Shown: piece by piece, positions 1 to 9,869 of the stretch
How the letters are laid out: each line of letters opens with the position of its first letter
How positions within the stretch are numbered: position 1 is the stretch's first letter
Assembly (NCBI GenBank): GCA_013416795.1
Contig: RQSC01000808.1
Span: 12,626 to 76,566 of the forward strand
DNA length: 63,941 nt
Direction of reading: 5' to 3'
Source: Prasinococcaceae sp. CCMP 1430
Lineage: Eukaryota > Plantae > Prasinodermophyta
The notes under the pieces: generated by a model
Told to the model about the DNA's origin: nothing
Seen by the model: the letters and a program-made list of their open reading frames with translations, nothing else
Database searches by the model: none
Program-made: the position numbers and the translations under genes

Positions 1-1044
1 GCGCGGGCGCGCCCCGCGCTGCTGCCCTCGCTCCTGGCCTCGCTGCTGGCGCTCCTTTCCGCGGCCCGCCGAGCGCGCGCGCAGGGCTTCGCGCGCACCG
101 ACGACGCCGCCGGCGCGCCGCCCGCTCCGTTCGAGTACCAGCAGGACCCGTTCACGCGCTCGAGCGAGTACCCCTACAACGTGTGCAACCAGCTGCCGGG
201 CAACATCGGCGAAGATGCGGCCTCGTACGCCGAGACGTACAAGCGCGCCAAGGTGCGCGCGCGCGTGCTTGACCCCCGTCCTCGGTGTCCCGCGCGACGC
301 GGGGGAGGGGGAAGGGATCGGGGATGGGGGCGCCTTCGAAAGCGGAACGCAGAGAGAGAGAGAGAGGGAGAGAGCGCGCTCGACCCGCGCTCGCGGGGTG
401 CTGACGCCAGCCGCCGCCGCGCGCTCTCGCCCGCAGTGCGTGCCCATAGAGGCGGGCGAGCTGGAGTTTTGCGACGCGGTCGCGTACGACTCGTGCGTGC
501 GCATCCAGGAGTACTGGCGCTTCGACAACCTGGTGGCAATGCAGTACGACGCCGTGCTGCAGGAGTGGAAGGACACGCTGACCGCCAACGACCAGGCGGC
601 GCTCGTCGATCCGGGCTGCGACGCGGCCTTCAAGGCGTACTTCTGCTACGCGGCATTTCCCAAGTGCTGGGAGGTGCGCTCGCTCGCGCACGCGCCCGGC
701 CTCGCGCGCGCGCGCGTGCTCGGCGCAGCCAGCGCTGACACGCCCGCCGCCGGCGCGAGCGGCCACAGGGTGATATCGAGGGCGAGTACTGGGAGGTAAG
801 GGCGCCGACGCGCGCCGCGCGCACCCTCGCGAGCGCTGTGTTCGGCCGTGGCTGACTCCGGGATGCGCGCGCGGGCACGGCGCCGCCATCGCCGCGCGCT
901 CGCCACCCGCGCAGCTCCCGCTGTGCTTCGACTACTGCGTCGCAGCCAACGCGGCGTGCATTGGCAACCCCGAGGCAGCCAAGCGCGTCTGCCGCTCGCA
1001 GGTAGGCACGGGCCGCGTGAGCCCCGAGGGGCGAACCGACATCA
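1..1044. repeat. Copy A of a >=1044-bp direct duplication (copy B 6041-7084); may extend left of the window
   Basis: Sequence and ORF translations at offset +6040 are identical (e.g. 152..889 = 6192..6929, 181..738 = 6221..6778). The copies diverge after ...GAACCGACATCA (1044/7084). Confidence 0.97.
1..1044 (+). CDS. Frizzled-type cysteine-rich domain (Fz-CRD) secreted protein, copy A; 5' partial and lacking the normal C-terminal tail
   Basis: Exons ..1-252, 437-673, 769-795 (27-nt micro-exon) and 915-.. with GT-AG introns. Translation contains a hydrophobic LLPSLLASLLALLSAA segment and CVPIEAGELEFC..C..CDAAFKAYFCYAAFPKC..LPLCFDYCVAANAAC..C. Confidence 0.7.
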
Positions 1045-1053
1045 GCTGCGTGC

Positions 1054-2709
1054 GTGGCGGCGCGGCAGGCGGACTACGCGCGGATCGACGAGGACGCGTT
1101 CGCGGCCGAGGAGGCCGCCTTCTTCCACGCGCGCACACTGCGCCAGGAGTACGCAGCGTATCCCAAAGCCGCAGCGGACCCCTCGCGCGCGCTGCTCGCC
1201 GGTGCGGACGACGCCGAGGTGACGCGCCGCATAGGCAAGGGCTTCATGGACCGCGGCAGCATCAGCAGCTACGTGAAGGCGGGCGGGCCAGCGTTTAACT
1301 ACGCGCTGCAGAGGACGGGTTCCAACCTTTTCCAGACGGTGCGTGCCAAGCGAAGGAGTGGCCGCGCGAGCTATGAATGACGCGTAGGCTGATGTGCGCG
1401 CATCCCGGCGGAGGAGCTGGCGCGCGTGCCTGTCGTGGAGGCGATCTGACGGCGCGGGGCTGCTCTGAACACAACGCGACGCGCGTGCGTGCTTGCATTT
1501 AGCTCTTTTCGGCACACACGGGCATCGAGATGTACAACGCAGAGAAGCCCACAGCACCCATACCCTTCTATTGGCGCTCGCCGCTCGGCGAAGCGCACGT
1601 CAACCACCCAGGATGGAAGCACTTCCGCATCACCGAGACGCCCTGGCTAGAGGCAGGTGGCAACAGGCGTGAAAGGCGCAACCTGACCAACGACGTGCTC
1701 AAGTACAGGCCAAAGGTCGTGCCCGGCGGGCCTACCAACTTAGACGACCTCGAGGCGTATGCGCAGTTTGCCTTGTGCCGCGGCAAAATGCTCGAGTACG
1801 CCCTGTGCAGCCACGGCAAGTTCTCGCACCCAATCAAGTTCTACCTTGTGAGCGTCAAGTCGCCCGCGCGCTGGTTGTACTCGGTGATGCGCAATTGCCC
1901 TGACTGCCCGCAGTATGCCGCCGACGACGACAACGGCCTCGGCGCGGCTATGTTCCGTGGCAAGAGGGTAGGAGGGGTGCATGGCAGAAATCCGGCGCAG
2001 CAGCGCCCCGCGCGCTACGTGCAGCTGTGGAACGACTTCTACGGCCGCTGGCTGGACCTCGCTCGCTCCAACCCGGGGCGCGTGGCGATCGTGCGATATG
2101 AGGATATCATCGCCAACTGCCGCGGAGCAATTGAAACAGCTGCCCGAAAGGTGGGTGTGAAGTTCACGCCCACGGACGGCCTGCCAGCCACGCACAAGGG
2201 CCAGGGCTGTCACGGTGATGCCGGCCCATCGGGTGCGATATTCATGTCGGGCGGAAGGGACTTCAAGAGGGAATCAGAGAAGGTGAGCACGCGTGCGTGG
2301 GCAGGCGCGCGCGCGCGCCAGAGCGAGCGAGCGAGCACGTGTCTAACGCTGGTCCATCGGCCCTTCCCCCTCCGCCCTTGGTCCCGCGCGCCACACGCGC
2401 ACGTGCACACTCGCCCACTTTTGGTAGTACCTTGGCTGGAGCTGGATGAACGAGATGGACAAGCGCGGTGTGGAAGAGCTCGCCAAGCACGTCGATCGCG
2501 AGCTGATGGACGCGCTTGGCTACAACTCTACGGAGCTTGATGAGAACATTGCCCGCAAGCTTGGCAGAGCTGTGGCGGACGCAGCAGCAACGGAGGCCTC
2601 GGGAGTTCCTGTCGCGCACGATCGCATTCCGGCGACGTTTGCGCACCACAACACACAGTCTGGTCCCATTGCAAGCATGCGCCAGCGCTTCCAAGCCCAG
2701 CGCGGCTGA
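1054..2709 (+). CDS. PAPS-dependent sulfotransferase-like protein (Golgi/carbohydrate type); 5' end unresolved
   Basis: Exons ~1054-1338, 1503-2282 and 2428-2709 join in frame through GT-AG introns. Motifs: 5'-PSB-like YALQRTGSNLFQT, 3'-PB-like VSVKSPARWLYS, VRYEDII, and C-terminal ELMDALGY. Confidence 0.75.
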
Positions 2710-3592
2710 CATGGAGCGCGCGCACATACGTGCCCACGCGACGCAGCGCGACGCAGCGCGTGCGCGAGCGAGCGCGGCACACTCGCACATCATCGCCCGA
2801 AATGAGCACCCATTACCGTGCATGAGCTCGCACCTCGACTCGCGCGTTCCCGTGAGCGCGCATCACCTCATGCTGTCGTGCATGCCCAAGGCCATGCCAC
2901 CGCCGCCCACGCTCAAATTCATGCCATCGTCACGTCCATCAGCCGTCGGCCATGCAGCACCATTGTCGTCGCCCAGAGCTCGCCTACCACGGGTGGTCCC
3001 CTCCCCCTGGCCAGTACCCTTTCCTCCGCTGAGCGTGGACCCGTGCTGACGCGCCGCTCGGCGCACACGCAGTGCGCCGCCGTGCCGGCTGGCCGGCAGG
3101 CTGGTCGGGGAACGCAGCAGGGCCGCATGCCCAGTTTGTCCATCTTCTACCCCATCAATGCGTCTCGAATCCCACCCGAATACTCTCCTCACGTCCAGAA
3201 ATGTGAATCGTTTTCCCGCCGAACTCGTGAGCGCTTGGCTTGCGCGGTCGGGTCGCCCGATGCGGAAGGCGGCGGGTGGGCCGCAGGCTCGCCCTCTGGA
3301 GAGCCCCCTCTCGGCCGGCGCGGGTCGCGCGGGCTGGCGTGGCGGCAGCAGGCCGGCCGGCGCCAGGGCCCGTCGGGGCGACCTCCTCGCCGCGATGTGG
3401 GAGAGGGGGACGGTGGCGCGGGGGCGCACGTGTTCCTGCCGCGCGCGTTCGCGCGCGCTGACGGCGGCGGCGGCGCGCCGTCGGGTGGCGGCGCGAGCGT
3501 GCGCCTGGTACAGTATGTACAACATACTTCCTTACGATACAGTACACGCGCGCCGCGGCAGGGGAGGGACCGCTGCGGCCCACAGTCGGCGC

Positions 3593-4006
3593 TCAGCGAA
3601 GCTTGCACTGCATGTTGGGGCCGAAGACTTCCAGCGTCTTTGTGTGGCGCCAGCCGATGGTCTGCGACGTTGTCACTGGCGCGCTGTACGCCTCTGTAGG
3701 CTTCTTCGAGTTGCTGTACGCCTTGCGCTGCGATGCCGACATGTACGTCTCCAGCTGCAGGCGAACGTTGCCCTTGGGGAGCGCGTCCTCGCGCACAGGC
3801 AGGGTGCGCTGAAGCGCATCGGCCGAGCCGTTGGCGATGGCCTCTCGCGACTGCGTCTCAAGGGACTCAGCGTCGCCAGACTCGCGGAGGAAGCCCCAGT
3901 CGCGGTTCCAGTTCTTGCTCGCGAGGAGCTCGCTGCGCACGCGCCCGCGCCAGTTGGCGTCCTCAATTATGGCCGTCGTCTCCTTCGCGGTGTTCGCGTT
4001 CGCCAT
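3593..4006 (-). CDS. C20orf85/LLC1/CIMIP1-like ciliary microtubule inner protein
   Basis: MANANTAKE..EDANWRGRVRSELLASKNWNRDWGFL..PVTTSQTIGWR matches the recalled family motifs (D.IW+.R++.E..A..NW..+WGFL and P.TT+..IGWR). Confidence 0.75.
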   Translation of the reverse strand: MANANTAKETTAIIEDANWRGRVRSELLASKNWNRDWGFLRESGDAESLETQSREAIANGSADALQRTLPVREDALPKGNVRLQLETYMSASQRKAYSNSKKPTEAYSAPVTTSQTIGWRHTKTLEVFGPNMQCKLR

Positions 4007-4133
4007 GGCCTTGAGGAAGGATGGAGAGGGGCGGGGAGCGCTGGGGGGTGAGGCGCGCGGCGCGCGCGCGCTCTGCCGTGCCGTCGTCCGTGCCACCGCT
4101 CCAACCGCGCGGACAGTAGGGCAGACCTCTCAG

Positions 4134-4148
4134 AAAAACGCCGTTTTT
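4134..4148. promoter_or_regulatory. Perfect inverted repeat AAAAACG-C-CGTTTTT in the bidirectional spacer between the CIMIP1-like and coiled-coil genes
   Basis: Seen directly; function inferred from position only. Confidence 0.3.
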
Positions 4149-4411
4149 GGAACAGCGTCGGTTCAATGGCGTTCCCGGGCGCGCGCTGGGTGGATGGGGG
4201 TGGGGGTGGGGTAGGGGCAGCGGGCGCGCCAGAGGGCGGCAAGCGCGCGCGTCGCGCGTGGCGCCGCGTTCAAGGGCGGGGTCCACCACCACCGCCGCCA
4301 CCGCCACCACCCCACGCGCGCCGCCCTGCTTCGACTGCACCCCTCCGGTTGCTCCTGAGCCCGGGGCGGCCGGGCGGCGGCGCGCGGGTGCGCGGCTAGG
4401 CGCGAGCTGCG

Positions 4412-5959
4412 ATGTTCAAGCTGCGGAGCGTGCCGCGTGTGCCAATCGTGCCTGTCGAGGGCGTGCATGAGCGGCTACAGGGGTCGACTGCATTGAGAAA
4501 GACGGGGGCCAAGGGTGGCGCGCGGGATGGCGATGGCAGCTCGCTCGCGCCGGGCATCGCTGCGCGCGGATGGCAGGTGCAAGCGGAGGAATATCTGAAG
4601 GACGCGGCTGGCGGACGGTATCGCTCGACGGCCGTGCGCGCCGAGGTGCGCCTGATGGAGGCTCTGCAGCGGCAGCCGCCTAACACTGCCGAGGGGAGCG
4701 GTGGCGATGAGGGCGGGGAGAGGCCAGATGCCTACCGCACAGCCGTGTGCGCGCAGATGCTCACTGAATTGTGCTCCATCGCGGGGCCGTTCACAGGCGT
4801 GCTCGGCACCATACGCGACGAGCTCGTCAAGGCCATTTACTCAGAGTACTACCTGTCCACCAGCGGCGCGCTACACTTCGATCAGGTGCGGGGTGCGGGC
4901 TGTGTAGGGTCAGGTTGAAGCTTGCGCGCGCGCGAGCGCACCTGACTTGGGTGCACACACTTGCACGGTGTCCCTCTGGACGCGCGCGCCTCCATACCTA
5001 CCCACCCACCCACCCACCCGCCCACCACCACCACGCTACACGCATACCGATAGGTCCCGCACTTTGTCGTGGTGGGCAAGCTTGAGAATGATCTAGCAGA
5101 GATGGAGGCGACGCGGGACGCGTGGCGTCGGGAGCTCTTGGAGCACCAAAACGGCGTGGCGGCCATCGAGGGGCGACTGAGGGCGTTGGACGCGCGCGCA
5201 GCTGAACAGGACAGCACCATTGCCGAGCTGCGCACGGCCCTCGCCGAGGCTACCGAGCGATACGCTGCCTCCAAGGCGGAGGCCAAGACTTCGCGCGATG
5301 AGGCGAAGCGTGCGAGACGTGAGCTGCTCTCTGCAAAGGAGGCCATCGCGCGCGAGAGTCGCGGCACTAATCGCGACGGCTTTGTGGACGTCGCGGAGCA
5401 CGAGGCAATGCGCGAAGCGCTGCACGAAGCGCAGCGCGAGCTCGCAAAGGCGCTCGCAATGGCCAGCAGCCGCAGGGCCTTTGATGAGAACGCGCTCCAG
5501 TCGACCGAAGCCGCGCAGGAGCTCGAGTCGCTGCGCGAGGAGCGCGACAGCCTCAGGGAGGTGGTAGAAAGGATGGCTGCGTCTGGTCGCGACAGCATGG
5601 ATGTACCGACGCGCGAAGAGCTGAAGCACCAGACCGCCGCGCTCGAAGCCACCAAGGCGGAGCTCGAAACTGTGCGCGCGGAGATTGAGGCGCTGCGCTC
5701 GGGGCGAACCACCGCCGAGGGTGCGCTCGACGAGGCGAAGGAGCTGCTGGCGCCCGAGCCCGACTGCGTCGCCAGGGCTTCAGCGGCAGCGGCGGCCAGC
5801 GGCGACGCAGGCAATGACGGCGGCGGCAGCGGTGCCAGAAATCCTGGCCTAGAGCTGACGGGCAAGGTGGGTGCGTCCGAGGCCTCGGGAACGGCTCTCG
5901 GGACGCCCGGGGATGCCGCGGGAGCGCTCGCGCCGGGCAACTTGCCGGCGGTCGCGTGA
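4412..5959 (+). CDS. Long coiled-coil protein, possibly cilium-associated (N-terminal region weakly reminiscent of TSNAXIP1_N); 3' end uncertain
   Basis: Exon 4412-4885, intron 4886-5053 (GT..TAG, phase 0), then an exon from 5054 with heptad-rich E/A/R/L sequence. A possible further intron 5867-5980 carries a GCTAAAT branch site and ends CAG. Confidence 0.7.
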
Positions 5960-5980
5960 GCGCATTGCTAAATTACGCAG

Positions 5981-7185
5981 GTTTGGTATCGCGACGAGCG
6001 CACGCGCGCGTTCGAAACGCGCGCGCTCGGGCGCGCGCGCGCGCGGGCGCGCCCCGCGCTGCTGCCCTCGCTCCTGGCCTCGCTGCTGGCGCTCCTTTCC
6101 GCGGCCCGCCGAGCGCGCGCGCAGGGCTTCGCGCGCACCGACGACGCCGCCGGCGCGCCGCCCGCTCCGTTCGAGTACCAGCAGGACCCGTTCACGCGCT
6201 CGAGCGAGTACCCCTACAACGTGTGCAACCAGCTGCCGGGCAACATCGGCGAAGATGCGGCCTCGTACGCCGAGACGTACAAGCGCGCCAAGGTGCGCGC
6301 GCGCGTGCTTGACCCCCGTCCTCGGTGTCCCGCGCGACGCGGGGGAGGGGGAAGGGATCGGGGATGGGGGCGCCTTCGAAAGCGGAACGCAGAGAGAGAG
6401 AGAGAGGGAGAGAGCGCGCTCGACCCGCGCTCGCGGGGTGCTGACGCCAGCCGCCGCCGCGCGCTCTCGCCCGCAGTGCGTGCCCATAGAGGCGGGCGAG
6501 CTGGAGTTTTGCGACGCGGTCGCGTACGACTCGTGCGTGCGCATCCAGGAGTACTGGCGCTTCGACAACCTGGTGGCAATGCAGTACGACGCCGTGCTGC
6601 AGGAGTGGAAGGACACGCTGACCGCCAACGACCAGGCGGCGCTCGTCGATCCGGGCTGCGACGCGGCCTTCAAGGCGTACTTCTGCTACGCGGCATTTCC
6701 CAAGTGCTGGGAGGTGCGCTCGCTCGCGCACGCGCCCGGCCTCGCGCGCGCGCGCGTGCTCGGCGCAGCCAGCGCTGACACGCCCGCCGCCGGCGCGAGC
6801 GGCCACAGGGTGATATCGAGGGCGAGTACTGGGAGGTAAGGGCGCCGACGCGCGCCGCGCGCACCCTCGCGAGCGCTGTGTTCGGCCGTGGCTGACTCCG
6901 GGATGCGCGCGCGGGCACGGCGCCGCCATCGCCGCGCGCTCGCCACCCGCGCAGCTCCCGCTGTGCTTCGACTACTGCGTCGCAGCCAACGCGGCGTGCA
7001 TTGGCAACCCCGAGGCAGCCAAGCGCGTCTGCCGCTCGCAGGTAGGCACGGGCCGCGTGAGCCCCGAGGGGCGAACCGACATCATCTGCATGAGCTGTGC
7101 GTCCGGGCTGGTGGCCAAGCTGCGCGCGCATGCGCTGCTCGCCGCGCTCTTCGCGGCGGCCGCCTCGGCGATGCTGCCGCCTTGA
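5981..7185 (+). CDS. Fz-CRD protein with hydrophobic (GPI-signal-like) C-terminus, copy B; no in-frame ATG
   Basis: Exons ..-6292, 6477-6713, 6809-6835 and 6955-7185 show a 10-Cys Frizzled CRD spacing. Tail CMSCASGLVAKLRAHALLAALFAAAASAMLPP*. The frame is closed upstream by TAA at 5969 with no ATG before the signal-like segment. Confidence 0.72.
6041..7084. repeat. Copy B of the direct duplication
   Basis: Identical to 1-1044. Confidence 0.97.
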
Positions 7186-7419
7186 GAGTGCGCCGGGGTT
7201 GGCGGGGATGGGCCGTGTATTCTACCTGTGAATGTAAATCCCACTGCAATTGTTGTACTGTACACACAGACACGACCCGACGAGCACTGAAGGTGGCCGA
7301 GGGACGCTCCCCCTCGTGCGCCACGCGCGCGCGCGTGTTTGTGCGTGCAAAGAATGGGGGGAGAGCGGCGCGCGCGCCGTCGCCACCAGCCGCTGTGTGC
7401 GCGCCCGCGCGCACGTTGC

Positions 7420-9312
7420 CTACAGAATGGGATCTGTCCCATTCCAGTCCACAGTGAGCGCCTGCCCCCAGCGCGTGGCGATCACGCGCTCGAGCGGCGG
7501 CGAGTCGTCGGTCGTGTCGGCTGCGCCGTGGCACGCGCGCACGCCAAGGAGACACGCACGCACGAGGGGGGAGAAGCGTGTCAGCACCGGCGGCGCACGC
7601 GCGCGCACTCGCGAGACGCAGTGAGTGGCGCACGCACCTCCCCCGTGCCTGACGCTGAGGCGTATGGGCTCGTCTTGACGAGCGAGCCCGTCGTAGTATA
7701 GCAGCTCTGCCGGCGCAGAGCAGTCGTCGGCGCGCGTGGACGCGTCGGCCGCCCAGAGCACAGTGAAGTGCGACTCGGAGCACACCACCCAGATCGGGCT
7801 GAGCGCGCGCTTCAGGTGGGCACCAACCTCGACGTATTTGAACCACTCGAAGAGCGTGAGGAAACCGACCGCCGACCGTCGGTCCACGCCGCGCATCACC
7901 ATTGGCCCGCTCTCCCCCCCCAGATCCACCCGGCGCTCGCCGTCGTGCACGCCCGCGCGCGCGCGCCCGACGACGAGTAGGTTTACGAGCTCCTGCGTGC
8001 AGTAGCCGTGCGCGCCCACAAGGCTCCCCTCAGGCTCATCCATGTCGTTGCGCGCATCCTCCACGCCGCGGCTGAGCAGCACGCTCAGCACCAGCAGCAG
8101 GAGGCCGTGGCCGCGCGCCTCGCCCCAGCCGCCGTGCGACAGCTGCTCCAACGCGCGCGCACGCGCGGCCGCGCGCGTGCTGCACGTGTGCGCGCGCGCG
8201 CACGCAAGAACTGAGTCGAAGTCCGCCTCGCCGTCGAAGGCGCGAGGAGAGGATACGAGCACGCACGCACCACCCTTGGTTGAGGCCGCCTGCTCGAGAA
8301 TGTGCGCGACCGCGCCCGCCAGCGCCTCCAGCTGCGCGCTCGCGCCGAGCTCGCCTGTCGCCGCCGCCGATTGGGTCGCTCCCGCTCCAAGCTCGCGCAA
8401 CACGTACGCCTGCAGCGCTGCCAGCACGCCACACGGGCCACCCTGCGCCTGCACGAGGCCGTACTTTAGCCCCGTCTTCTCGCAGAAGTACAGCCCCTGT
8501 CGCCACGACGGCCCGCCCCAGCCTCGGTTGGTCGCCGCCGCCGACGAGCCGCGCGCTCCGAAGAGGAGCGCCTTGGCGGCGCGCGCGGAGGTCACCGAGA
8601 GCGCTTCGACATCGGCGTCAGCGCCACCTGGGGCACCGGGGGCCGCGCCGAAGGCGGGCGCGGGCTTGCTCGAGCCGAGGCCGAGGCCTGCAGCCGTCGG
8701 TGCGCGCACATCGAACGCGCCAGCAGCAGGCGCGGGCGCCTCGTCGAAGTCGTCGTCAGCGTCCTCGATGACCAGCGCCTCGTCGACACGGGCCTGTAGC
8801 GTCCTCTTGTACCCCGGGGCGGGAGCGGGGCCGCGCGTCCCCGGCGCGTGTGCCAGCGCGCTGCTCGGGCGCAGCAGCGAGGCGGCGCGTCCAGCGGAGG
8901 CGTCGCCCGCCGTCGGGACGCCCGAGACGCTCCACGAGGCAGTGCGCACGGGCACCGGCGGCCGCACGGGCGCGGGCCCATCAGACGCAAGCTGCTCGGA
9001 AGCCTGAGCCTTGTCCTTGTCGCTCGTGGCGGCCTCCTTGGTCGTGTCCATACCGGCCACTTTGGACGCCAGGTGCTCGCAGATGACGTCTAGCAGCGTG
9101 GGCAGCGTATCGGCCGGCGCGCGCTGCTTGTTGCGCCTGAGCTGTGCAGATAGGCCGATACGCTTGGCGACATCCGAGCTCCGGCTGAGCGCACCGGTTG
9201 CACGCGGCCGCGCCGCCTCGAAGGCCTCGGCCACCTCCGCGAGCGAGGGCGAGCGCGCCAGGTACTCGCGCACGAGCGCCTCGGAGAGCTCGCCCGTTGC
9301 TCGCCCGGCCAT
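7420..9312 (-). CDS. MINDY4: MINDY4 (FAM188B)-like deubiquitinase
   Basis: N-terminal EALVREYL motif; catalytic GLVQAQGGPCGVLAALQA; GYCTQELVNLL; PIWVVCSESHFTVL; LLYYDGLARQDEPIRL. Probable short intron near the 3' end (~7520-7640). Confidence 0.88.
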   Translation of the reverse strand: MAGRATGELSEALVREYLARSPSLAEVAEAFEAARPRATGALSRSSDVAKRIGLSAQLRRNKQRAPADTLPTLLDVICEHLASKVAGMDTTKEAATSDKDKAQASEQLASDGPAPVRPPVPVRTASWSVSGVPTAGDASAGRAASLLRPSSALAHAPGTRGPAPAPGYKRTLQARVDEALVIEDADDDFDEAPAPAAGAFDVRAPTAAGLGLGSSKPAPAFGAAPGAPGGADADVEALSVTSARAAKALLFGARGSSAAATNRGWGGPSWRQGLYFCEKTGLKYGLVQAQGGPCGVLAALQAYVLRELGAGATQSAAATGELGASAQLEALAGAVAHILEQAASTKGGACVLVSSPRAFDGEADFDSVLACARAHTCSTRAAARARALEQLSHGGWGEARGHGLLLLVLSVLLSRGVEDARNDMDEPEGSLVGAHGYCTQELVNLLVVGRARAGVHDGERRVDLGGESGPMVMRGVDRRSAVGFLTLFEWFKYVEVGAHLKRALSPIWVVCSESHFTVLWAADASTRADDCSAPAELLYYDGLARQDEPIRLSVRHGGGACATHCVSRVRARAPPVLTRFSPLVRACLLGVRACHGAADTTDDSPPLERVIATRWGQALTVDWNGTDPIL

Positions 9313-9374
9313 CGCCGGAGCGACGAGCGGGCGAGCAGGCGCGAGGGGGCGAGCGAAGACGAAAGCGCGCGCAG

Positions 9375-9431
9375 GTGTGTGTGTGTGTGTGTGTGTGTGT
9401 GTTGGGGTGGTGGGGGGTGAAAGGAAGCTGC

Positions 9432-9466
<35 letters not shown>
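9375..9466. repeat. Microsatellites (GT)14 at 9375-9402 and (AG)9 at 9449-9466 upstream of MINDY4
   Basis: Seen directly. Confidence 0.95.
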
Positions 9467-9869
9467 GGGCAGCGAGAGGCGTGCGATGTGACAACCCTCG
9501 CCCGCCAACCCCCCCAAGCCCACCAGCCCGCAGCAACCCCCGCGCGCTGTGTGGCTGCGCGCATGTGGGCATCGACCGGGTCCGCATTCGGCGGGCTCGC
9601 GGGCTCATGGTATCGCACAAACCCACCGCGAATTGATGCCAGATTTCCCTTGGCGGATTTTCTTTTTCATTTCTTTTTTTTGCGGCGTTTCTGCGCGCGT
9701 GCGAACGTGCGCGCTGCGCCAACAAAACGATTGCACTCGCGACAAAACATGCGGCGGTGGGCGCATTCATTTCAATGAGGAGTGATCCGCGCTGCGACCA
9801 AAAAAAAAAAAAAAAGAGGATCGGCCAGGCGGATCGCGGCGGCGTGCCACACCGCGCGCGCGGGCGCGT

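Noticed and set aside
2710-3590. Protein-coding gene between the sulfotransferase and the CIMIP1-like gene (e.g. ORF 2863..3525)
   Set aside because: No recognisable domain or consistent exon structure; probably UTR/intergenic, though an orphan gene cannot be excluded.
1-7084. Duplicated segments as LTRs of a retrotransposon
   Set aside because: The repeats are an intron-containing cellular gene; the interior holds host genes, with no gag/pol, PBS or PPT.
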